From the NCBI GenBank assembly GCA_964611395.1, contig CAZSXY010000002.1, positions 1,682 to 65,681 of the forward strand: 64,000 nt of DNA, given 5' to 3'. The stretch's first letter is position 1, and each line of letters begins with the position of its first letter. A model generated the notes under the pieces. The model was not told the origin of the DNA. It saw only the letters and a list, made by a program, of their open reading frames with translations, and did not search any database. Made by a program: the position numbers and the translations under genes. Below are positions 56,669 to 64,000 of this stretch, one piece after another. Origin of the DNA: an uncultured Anaerolineaceae bacterium (GTDB taxonomy: Bacteria; Chloroflexota; Anaerolineae; Aggregatilineales; Aggregatilineaceae).

Positions 56669-58483
56669 TTGCTTGAGCTTACACTAGCCACCGATTTTAT
56701 TCCCGGCTCAAATCTGCGCGGCAATGTGGCCGGAGCCAACTGGACCTATCTACTACCCGACCTGAACCTGGAAGCAATGCTCTGTGTAGGCGCGCCTTCG
56801 ACGGCAGCCTTGCACACGCTGGCTTCGCTGGCCCAGTCCGTTATCGTGTGCACACCCTCGCATGCCAGCCTCGATACTAGAGCGCTCGCTGGCTGGCCGA
56901 ACGTCACGCTACTGGCCATTGCCAGCAACGGAACGCTGCCCCTTGATGACCTGAGCGTCGATCTGGTATTTGTGACAGACCGGCATCTTGTGCGCGATCA
57001 CCGGCAACTGGAGAACGAGATACGCCGCGTGCTGCGCCCGCGCGGGCTGGCGTACTACGAAACCCGTAGCCCGCTGCGCCGGATGCCGTCAGCCGACAAC
57101 CTTCTGGGTTCCGGAAGCGCGCAACACTTCTGGCTGACGCCGCTCGGTGGCGAGATGCACACCGCGGTTCCGGCCAGCGATGCCGTCACACGCCGCTTTT
57201 TCCTGCGGCAGGCGTTGTTCAGCCCGTCGATCACCGTGCACACGGCGAAACGCGCTATACGCCGCATGCGCAGACGACGCCAGACCGTCGCGTCGCCGGA
57301 CACCCCACCCTCGCCACCAGAAGACCGCGCCCCGCAACGCCTGGGTGACAGGATGCGGTTGCTTGGCGATCGCGTGTTCGAAGCGCTGGCCAGCGCCGAG
57401 GGTACACTGCACCGGCATACCACGCTGATCGGGCGGTATGGCGTCCTCGAAGGTCGCGCGGGCGCTCCCCTTACCGGCGACCCACCCGCCTACCTGTGCG
57501 ACATGGCGGAGCAGGCGGGTCTTGACCTGCACCAATACGGGTGGGGATTGTGGGCCGGAGGCCAATACAGCTCGCGGAAGCTGCTATTCTTCCTCGTCGA
57601 TCGGGAATCGGCGTCGCTGCGCTACCTGGTCAAAATGGTTCGCGACCCGTCGTTCAATACCCGGTTGGAGAACGAATGCGCGGCCCTCAAAGACCTGGAA
57701 GCACGCAACTTCGCGCACGATCACGCGCTGCCAAGGGTTGTCTTTCATGGCCATCACCACCACCTGGCAATCGTCGGCGAGACGGCGGTGCAGGGAGTTC
57801 CCTTCAAGAGCAAAACGCGCCTCACGGCGTCATGTCCCTACGCCCATGCCGTGATCGAGTGGCTGACAGATTTGGGCGCAACCACCGCCTCGCCCGACGA
57901 CGTCGCGCCGCAGGACGTCGCCCGCGCTCTGAACACCCTTTTCGAGCGCTTCCAGGCCATTTACCGGTTACCACCTGCCGAGCGCGACTTCCTCAGCGAA
58001 CAGATCGCCGCTTTGGGCAATAGCCGGACGCCGTTTCCGCTGGTATTTCAGCACGGCGATCCCGGCCCCTGGAATATGCTGGTCACGCCTGACGACACGG
58101 TTGCCTTGTTGGATTGGGAATCTGCCGAGGCGAAGGGCATCCCGTTGTGGGACCTGTTTTACTTCTTGCGATCATATGCCGTGAACGTTGCGCGTTCCAA
58201 CGGGACGGCTGATCGGGTGGAGGGGTTTGCCAAACACTTTCTAACCCGCTCGTCGCTTAACCACATGATAGTGGATGCCACGCGCCAGTACTGCACGCGG
58301 ATCGGGCTGGCTGGCGAATTCATTGGCCCGTTGTTTTACACCTGCTGGATGCATCGTGCGCTCAAGCAATCAACTCTGCTACAATCTCATACATTGGCAG
58401 ACGGGTACTACTTCCGCCTGCTTCGTTACACCATCCAGCAACACGACGCACCAGCACTCAGACAATTATTCACGCAGACCTGA
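56669..58483 (+). CDS. Fusion of methyltransferase-like domain and APH/protein-kinase-like domain
   Basis: The N-half is collinear with 42906-43529. The C-half has QHGDPGPWNMLV and LLDWESA, collinear with 41875-42906. TTG start. Confidence 0.6.
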   Translation: MLELTLATDFIPGSNLRGNVAGANWTYLLPDLNLEAMLCVGAPSTAALHTLASLAQSVIVCTPSHASLDTRALAGWPNVTLLAIASNGTLPLDDLSVDLVFVTDRHLVRDHRQLENEIRRVLRPRGLAYYETRSPLRRMPSADNLLGSGSAQHFWLTPLGGEMHTAVPASDAVTRRFFLRQALFSPSITVHTAKRAIRRMRRRRQTVASPDTPPSPPEDRAPQRLGDRMRLLGDRVFEALASAEGTLHRHTTLIGRYGVLEGRAGAPLTGDPPAYLCDMAEQAGLDLHQYGWGLWAGGQYSSRKLLFFLVDRESASLRYLVKMVRDPSFNTRLENECAALKDLEARNFAHDHALPRVVFHGHHHHLAIVGETAVQGVPFKSKTRLTASCPYAHAVIEWLTDLGATTASPDDVAPQDVARALNTLFERFQAIYRLPPAERDFLSEQIAALGNSRTPFPLVFQHGDPGPWNMLVTPDDTVALLDWESAEAKGIPLWDLFYFLRSYAVNVARSNGTADRVEGFAKHFLTRSSLNHMIVDATRQYCTRIGLAGEFIGPLFYTCWMHRALKQSTLLQSHTLADGYYFRLLRYTIQQHDAPALRQLFTQT

Positions 58484-58487
58484 TGCC

Positions 58488-59939
58488 ATGAGATTTATGC
58501 CCATTCGCTATTTGAAACAAACGGTCTTTACCATCATCGCACTCATCACCATCCTGGGACTTCCAACCCCCGTTCATATAGCCGCAACACCCTACCAGCC
58601 ACACGCGCCAGACCCACCGCGCCAGACCGGCAGCAGCACCTCGCGTGGTTACCTTACCACGCCCGAAGAACTGCGCGTGATAGCCCAGAAAGCCGCCGAA
58701 GGTTTGGAACCCTACCAGAGCGCAGCAGCCGACGTCATCAAAAACGCGGAGCGCACATGGGACTACAAGCTGGACGAGTACGAAACCTGCAAAAGCTCGC
58801 GCAACCCCGCCTGGATACACAGCGAGCGCGGGACTGCAGTGCTTTATGCCAAAGCCCTGGCCTATCACCTGACCGGCGACACCCAGTATGCCGCCGAGGT
58901 CAAAACGATCCTGGAACGGATCATGCGCACCGTGCTCACCATCTCGTTGAACAAACAGCAGTGCCGCCTTAACTTTGCATGGGGTACACCCGAACTGGTC
59001 GCTTCCGCCGATCTGATCGAGGACTTCTGGCATGATATGACCTGCACGGGGCCGCTCAGCACACGTTACGATGATACAACCCTCGGCGCGGGAAACTGCA
59101 AGGCCTTGTTCCAGAACTGGCTGGTCAAAAACCCGTACTATATCGTGGCCTATGCGGCGGAAAATAGCCAGAGCAACTGGGGGGCAGCGGCCACGACGAC
59201 TCTGGCGTACATCGCCGACTATCTATGGGATCGCCCGGATGTGCTGATCGTGCACCGCGTGCCCCCGCAAATCAACGGCGGGAGGGATCTGTTGCTCACC
59301 CCCGCAGAAGCCTATACCTATGCCAACCAGATCGCCCTGGATCGCATGAACGGCTACCGCGTGGAGTATCACAGCAGCAATTCATGTGATTTTCTGTCCG
59401 GCCCGCAGCAATCCGACGCGTGGGCACCGGTGAAGTCACAGATCACCGAACGAGGCATCATCTCTGAAGACGCCCGCCGCGCAGAGTATTGCAACATCCC
59501 GGCCTACAACGGGGAATACCAGAACTACCCCCAGATATACCTGGGCAACACCATCCAGCAGTGTGAATTGATGTGGCGACGTGGCGACAACTCATGCTAC
59601 GACAACATCGATCGCACCGACATTTCGGACTACACATTCACCGATCCCGGTGGCACGACGCGCACGACGCATCTCTATCCAGGACGCGGCTCTATTGAAC
59701 GGGCCATTAACGCGATTATTATCGATTCGGGCACCGAATGGCGGCATGATTCGGCGCTTGAAGTGGCCTATCGTTACTACTACCTGCACCACCAGTTCGA
59801 CGGCGTTGGGTATTGGGCCAGCCAGTTTAACCGCCCCGCTATCTGTAGCCAGGACATCTGCTTCGGCACGCTCACCCACGGCTTTGCCCCTGGCGAAACT
59901 CCCAAACCTCCGCCCACCGTGCCCCCACCGGCAGAATAG
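58488..59939 (+). CDS. Secreted polysaccharide-lyase-like protein (alginate-lyase-like alpha/alpha toroid suspected), paralog of the N-domain of 24924-29276
   Basis: Signal peptide (FTIIALITILGLPTPVHIAA). Roughly two thirds of positions are identical by eye to residues ~55-490 of the giant protein, with conserved Cys positions. Start at ATG 58488, since the track ORF extension overlaps the upstream gene. Confidence 0.55.
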   Translation: MRFMPIRYLKQTVFTIIALITILGLPTPVHIAATPYQPHAPDPPRQTGSSTSRGYLTTPEELRVIAQKAAEGLEPYQSAAADVIKNAERTWDYKLDEYETCKSSRNPAWIHSERGTAVLYAKALAYHLTGDTQYAAEVKTILERIMRTVLTISLNKQQCRLNFAWGTPELVASADLIEDFWHDMTCTGPLSTRYDDTTLGAGNCKALFQNWLVKNPYYIVAYAAENSQSNWGAAATTTLAYIADYLWDRPDVLIVHRVPPQINGGRDLLLTPAEAYTYANQIALDRMNGYRVEYHSSNSCDFLSGPQQSDAWAPVKSQITERGIISEDARRAEYCNIPAYNGEYQNYPQIYLGNTIQQCELMWRRGDNSCYDNIDRTDISDYTFTDPGGTTRTTHLYPGRGSIERAINAIIIDSGTEWRHDSALEVAYRYYYLHHQFDGVGYWASQFNRPAICSQDICFGTLTHGFAPGETPKPPPTVPPPAE

Positions 59940-59991
59940 CGCGTGCCGGGCCGCCACTACTGGATGGGGCGGCGGATGCCACAACAACACA

Positions 59992-60019
59992 GCGGCAGGA
60001 AGTCTCGACCTCCTGCCGC
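59992..60019 (+). terminator. Stem-loop after the last gene of the plus-strand glycan operon
   Basis: GCGGCAGGA / TCCTGCCGC form a 9-bp stem with a 10-nt loop, followed by a T-containing tract (cgcattcttc). A second GCCGCC/GGCGGC hairpin lies at 59950-59973. Confidence 0.45.
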
Positions 60020-60056
60020 CGCATTCTTCAGCTCAACAGCCGATGGGGTTGGAACT

Positions 60057-61145
60057 TTAGGGTACCAAAACGACCGTCCCCGCACTGGGGATGCTGGCGC
60101 ACGTGTAGCCGCCCTCACTGGTCGATGGTAGCAAGCTCAAGGGACGCGGTGATTGCGTTGCGTTCAGATAGAGGAACCGCCCGCTGCCCAGTAAGCAAAC
60201 TTCGACGCTGTTGTTAAATGCCGAGACGCCTGTACTACCGGCCATGCCAAACACGTCCACGGCCTGGATCACGCCCAGAGCAACTACATCCGGGTTGCCA
60301 ATCGCCGCCGAACCGTAGTTCATGGACACAAACTCGCCATTTTCGGCCAGCACGCGGCAATAGACCCCACCATTCGTCACCGTGCCCGCCGGAATAACGG
60401 CCCGCACAACCGGGTTGGTGTCTCCGCTGAGGTCGGCGCAGAGCGGAGCCTGGGCGCGAAGCACATCTGCTGCGGTAATGACCCCAGCGCCGGGACCAAT
60501 CACAACATCGGTCGTAGTGATGGTCAGGCTCCAGCCACCTGTGATTGCGCCGACATAACCATCATTGTCATCCATCACGTAAAGGCTCCACGTGCCGTTC
60601 GGAACTGTGCCATCGAACACCGACAACGTGGCGCTCGCCCCGCCGGGTGCTGGGGCATCGAACTGATCGGGCTCAACGGTGCCGACATAATTCGACGGCT
60701 GGTAGGTTCCCGAGACACAGGGAACCAGATCGCCGCCATCCGAATCCGGTAACGGCCCGGCAGCTTCGTCGTCAAACGTGAAATCGAAAGGCCCCCCTGT
60801 GTTACCGCACGTGTCGGACATCACGATCACGCTTTGACCAAGTGGGCCTGCTAACAGAATATCGAGATCATCTTCACGCGTAACATCGATCCCAAACAGC
60901 GAAACATTGACGTCCGTGATGACACCCGCCAACCCTGAGACATTGATGTTTGAGGGGTAGAGCAGAGCCGGTTCTGCTCCGATCGTTGACTCCGTAAGCG
61001 TGATAGTGGAACTGTTGATGAATGTATTCACCGCCGCATGAGCCGGACTTGAACCAAGCGGGAATACCGCCAGACTGAACAGGAAGACGCCGATAATGCC
61101 GGCACGAAGAACGCGTGCAAAAGTCGGATTATAAACCTTAAACAT
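60057..61145 (-). CDS. Secreted protein with proprotein-convertase P-domain-like module
   Basis: Signal peptide. VITDVNVSLFGIDVTREDDLDILLAGPLG ... NGTWSLYVMDDNDGYVGAITGGWSLTI matches the P-domain pattern. Confidence 0.5.
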   Translation of the reverse strand: MFKVYNPTFARVLRAGIIGVFLFSLAVFPLGSSPAHAAVNTFINSSTITLTESTIGAEPALLYPSNINVSGLAGVITDVNVSLFGIDVTREDDLDILLAGPLGQSVIVMSDTCGNTGGPFDFTFDDEAAGPLPDSDGGDLVPCVSGTYQPSNYVGTVEPDQFDAPAPGGASATLSVFDGTVPNGTWSLYVMDDNDGYVGAITGGWSLTITTTDVVIGPGAGVITAADVLRAQAPLCADLSGDTNPVVRAVIPAGTVTNGGVYCRVLAENGEFVSMNYGSAAIGNPDVVALGVIQAVDVFGMAGSTGVSAFNNSVEVCLLGSGRFLYLNATQSPRPLSLLPSTSEGGYTCASIPSAGTVVLVP

Positions 61146-61354
61146 TAACCTCTCTCCAGAAGTAACCCCAATCCCATCACCGGTCGTGCGATAAGATTAT
61201 GAACGAGCGTGCAGGAGACACTCGGAATCTCCCCCTATGCCAATTGTATTCATATAGTAGATGTAACACAAGTTTGTAAAATCATGCGAAATGAATTGTT
61301 ATGGTTCGGTTTCAATGTCTGCCCCCGCATCTCTCAGCGAGGGCCGGGCTTATC

Positions 61355-61873
61355 TCACCGGAAACGCTGATGGCAAGTGTCGCAGACGATTTCCGCCCCT
61401 GTAATAACTGAACGGTTGACCAGAATCGATCGCGGGGGCACACACCGGCAACTGGCAAGCACACAGGGATCGTCGGCTGCAACGGGTTCGCTCATGTCGC
61501 TGACCACTCGCGTGGCCAGGAGCACCCCCAGGTTACGGCCAATCGCATGGTTGAGCGCTTCCAGCGCCCTGCGCCGTCGCACTTTCGCTTCAGGGGTCAA
61601 AGTCCAATACACCTGCTGCGCGCCCCGGTCATGCGTCAGCGTCAACCCAAAACTTTCGGCGGTTTGCCGGTACCAGGGAGAAAATCGCCCGACACACTCG
61701 ATTATTTCCGCCAGCATATTGGCCACGACGGTCTGTGCAGCCAGGGTTGGCCCCGACAGATCAACGCCTCTGAACAGAACCTCCCACTCGGGCAGATCAG
61801 CCGTAACGTCATAGTCTGCACAGAGCGCCTGCCATGTCTGCTGCAAGGTGTTCACTAAATCGACGGAGATCAT
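61355..61873 (-). CDS. Hypothetical protein with C-terminal Cys cluster
   Basis: 172-aa ORF downstream of the Hdr-like gene. C-terminal CxC...CxxC (ASCRCVPP...VCDTCHQRF). No family recognised. Confidence 0.3.
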   Translation of the reverse strand: MISVDLVNTLQQTWQALCADYDVTADLPEWEVLFRGVDLSGPTLAAQTVVANMLAEIIECVGRFSPWYRQTAESFGLTLTHDRGAQQVYWTLTPEAKVRRRRALEALNHAIGRNLGVLLATRVVSDMSEPVAADDPCVLASCRCVPPRSILVNRSVITGAEIVCDTCHQRFR

Positions 61874-61973
61874 AAGCGGCCTCCCAAAATGAACTCGTTT
61901 GTAAGGGGAGGCGATTGCGCGTGATGCTGGCGAGTCCCCCAGCCCGAGACCGCGTTCATGCGGGCTGGGGGCT

Positions 61974-63392
61974 TCACCGGTATCGATGATAAGCCCCTTG
62001 TCGTTCCAAAATCGGTCGTGGATCTACCAGGTTTTTGTCGAGCGCTGCCTTCTCCGGTAGGCCGAAGGCCAGACTCATCAACTGCGTAAAGTACAGCACC
62101 GGCACGGGATGTTCCAGGTTCATCTGGGACTGGCGAGCATCCAGGTTCAGGTGGCACAGCGGGCAAGCGACGACGATGATATCCGCACCGGCTTCGGTGG
62201 CGCGCTCAATGATCGCCCGGCTCAACGACAGCACGATATCGGGCCGCGTCACGGAATGCGCCGCGCCGCAGCAGGCCGTCTTATGAGACCAGTCACGCAC
62301 CTCGACCCCCAGCGCCGCGACCAACCTGTCCATGTTATCGGGATTTTCCGGATGAGAGGCTTCGGTAACCTCTGGCGGGCGCGTGAGCAGGCAGCCGTAA
62401 TAACAGACGGCACGCAAGCCGGTCAATGGATGTGTAACCCGCTCCGCCACACGATCAACCCCCGCATGCCGGACCATCGCGTCGATCAAGGTGCTGACAT
62501 GAATGGAATCCTGGTACGTGTAGCCAAGTTGTTCGTCTGTGGCAGCCTTCAGGTCAGGGTGGCGACGTATCTCAAATTGGGCCGCTTTGTGCCGGTTGAA
62601 ACACGCCGCACAGGGCATGACCACCTCGCTGAAACCGCTCTGTTCGGCAATCGACAGGTTTTGCAGGGGCAAACGGCGCGCCGTCTGCGGATCGGCGCGG
62701 TGAGCGGCTGAGCTACCGCAACACACCCACCCCGGCAATTCAACCAGTGCCATATCAAGCGCCCCGGCTACCGCGCGCGCCGACTCGTCAAACTCGCGTG
62801 CGGAGGAGTGCAGCGAACATCCCGGATAATAGCCCAGCGTGTTGGCATCCGGAGCCTCGGAGCGAATCCGGCGTGGGGGTCGCCCGCGTCGCGGCAGAAG
62901 ATTGAGCTTGCGCTTGCGCAGCATCGTGATCCCCAGATCGAGATCGTCCGTCCAATTGCCGGTACGCAGCTTCATTTCTGCCATGAGGCCCAATTCATAG
63001 GCGCGGCCCCATAAGCGCACCTCTCGCAAGAATGCCTCGTTAAAGACATCGACCGTTTGCACCGCCGGTTTGATGCCGCGCGCGCGGCTCTCACGGGTCA
63101 AAAAGTCCATAATTGCGGCAATGTCCAGCTCTTGCGGGCAGCGTGTGGTACACGTCTGGCACGATGAACACAGCCAGGGCGTTTGCGCACGGAGGGCAAT
63201 ATCTTCCTGCCCCAATTGCACTGCCCGCATGATGGCATTGGGCGGCCAATCAAAGAACTCCGCCACCGGGCAGCCGCTTGTACACTTGCCACACTGGTAA
63301 CAACGGTAAACGTTCTGCCCCAGTTCGTCCTGGATGCGCCGGGCCAGGTCTGATTGCAGTGCCCATGGCCCATCGCTTAGCTGTTCAACCAT
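61974..63392 (-). CDS. Heterodisulfide-reductase-like HdrC/HdrB fusion (2x[4Fe-4S] plus two CCG domains)
   Basis: CYQCGKCTSGCP and CSSCQTCTTRCP ferredoxin motifs. CCG-domain motifs WVCCGSS and TACCGAAH. Confidence 0.8.
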   Translation of the reverse strand: MVEQLSDGPWALQSDLARRIQDELGQNVYRCYQCGKCTSGCPVAEFFDWPPNAIMRAVQLGQEDIALRAQTPWLCSSCQTCTTRCPQELDIAAIMDFLTRESRARGIKPAVQTVDVFNEAFLREVRLWGRAYELGLMAEMKLRTGNWTDDLDLGITMLRKRKLNLLPRRGRPPRRIRSEAPDANTLGYYPGCSLHSSAREFDESARAVAGALDMALVELPGWVCCGSSAAHRADPQTARRLPLQNLSIAEQSGFSEVVMPCAACFNRHKAAQFEIRRHPDLKAATDEQLGYTYQDSIHVSTLIDAMVRHAGVDRVAERVTHPLTGLRAVCYYGCLLTRPPEVTEASHPENPDNMDRLVAALGVEVRDWSHKTACCGAAHSVTRPDIVLSLSRAIIERATEAGADIIVVACPLCHLNLDARQSQMNLEHPVPVLYFTQLMSLAFGLPEKAALDKNLVDPRPILERQGAYHRYR

Positions 63393-63401
63393 GATGGTCT
63401 C

Positions 63402-64000
63402 CTACGTGACGGATACCTCAGCGGGACGCGGCAACAGCCCGGCCCCTTCCATAATGGGGCGGACCGCTTCTTCCCATTCAATCGCCATGATGTGCACGCC
63501 GGACACGCCTTCGATCTGCTGCAATTGGTGGATCAACTCCACGCAGATCGCGATCCCTTCTTGTCGCCAGGCCGCCGCACGCGCCTTTTTGTCTTCTCGC
63601 GTCAGTTCTTCTTTCGGAATCCCCGCCCACTCCGCTCCGGCTTCCGTCATCCGTTCGATCAGCGCATCCGGCACGCGCAAACCGGGAACGTTCTTCTTCA
63701 TGTAGCGGGCCATGCCGGGACTCTTGAGCGGGCCAACGCCAGCCAGGATGTACGTTTGCTCGTGCAGCCCCAGGCGTCGAACCTTGTCCATGTAATCGCC
63801 GAAGGCGTCGACATCATAGATCAATTGCGTCTGGATAAAATCGCCTCCGGCCTTCACCTTCTTGGCCAGCCGATAGGGGCGGTAATCGACCGGATCGGCA
63901 AAGGGCGCGGCGGCGGCCCCGACAAAGAAGCGCGGCTCCATGCCATCGAACGCATCGCCGCACTGGAACACGCCCTGATCGCGCATCGCCGCGACCATCT
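63402..64000 (-). CDS. metF: Methylenetetrahydrofolate reductase, C-terminal part (N-terminus lies beyond the window)
   Basis: FFVGAAAAPFADP, GGDFIQTQLIYD and ILAGVGPLKS blocks typical of MTHFR. The ORF is open to the window end. Confidence 0.75.
   Translation of the reverse strand, partial: MVAAMRDQGVFQCGDAFDGMEPRFFVGAAAAPFADPVDYRPYRLAKKVKAGGDFIQTQLIYDVDAFGDYMDKVRRLGLHEQTYILAGVGPLKSPGMARYMKKNVPGLRVPDALIERMTEAGAEWAGIPKEELTREDKKARAAAWRQEGIAICVELIHQLQQIEGVSGVHIMAIEWEEAVRPIMEGAGLLPRPAEVSVT

Noticed and set aside
1-64000. tRNA, rRNA, tmRNA, RNase P, transposase, integrase and prophage signatures.
   Set aside because: A scan by eye found no T-loop-like GGTTCGAAT/GTTCAAATC motifs in cloverleaf context, no rRNA-like conserved blocks, and no DDE or tyrosine-recombinase-like ORFs. 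This absence is only as reliable as manual inspection, and a tRNAscan/Infernal run would settle it.

Overview
GC-rich 64-kb chromosomal window with a few AT-richer patches (1-820, ~19.1-20.0 kb, 29.3-29.5 kb, 44.7-45.2 kb). The gene content and the many Pro/Thr-linker secreted proteins suggest a filamentous Chloroflexota-like bacterium, but this is inference only. Left third (0.8-16.8 kb) is carbohydrate catabolism: three URO-D/MtaA-superfamily genes, galK, a SulP permease, a single-NBD CUT2-type sugar ABC transporter, a LacI regulator with two candidate operators, araB-araD plus a FucI-family isomerase, and menA. Middle (17-34 kb) holds a polytopic membrane protein behind a long leader, a sulfotransferase-GT4-Wzx trio, an orphan RdhA-like Fe-S protein, and two convergent giant secreted proteins (1450 and 1377 aa). 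These two carry DNRLRE/CBM96-like repeats, with near-identical tandem DNA repeats in the second gene. Right part (34.9-59.9 kb) is the most unusual. It is a two-operon, divergently transcribed Wzx/Wzy-type glycan assembly locus loaded with kinase-fold proteins: HprK-like, APH-like x2, P-loop kinase x2 and a dead BY-kinase. It also has an ATP-grasp ligase, a NodB deacetylase, a split-versus-fused methyltransferase-like/APH-like pair, a degenerate-GGDEF::phosphoglycosyl-transferase fusion, a pentapeptide-repeat::Wzx fusion, two GldG/DUF4350-like secreted proteins and an in-operon lyase-like gene. The far right has a P-domain secreted protein and an HdrCB-like/MetF pair. I saw no rRNA, tRNA, CRISPR array, transposase or integrase. 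All family calls come from motif recognition by eye, with no searches run.
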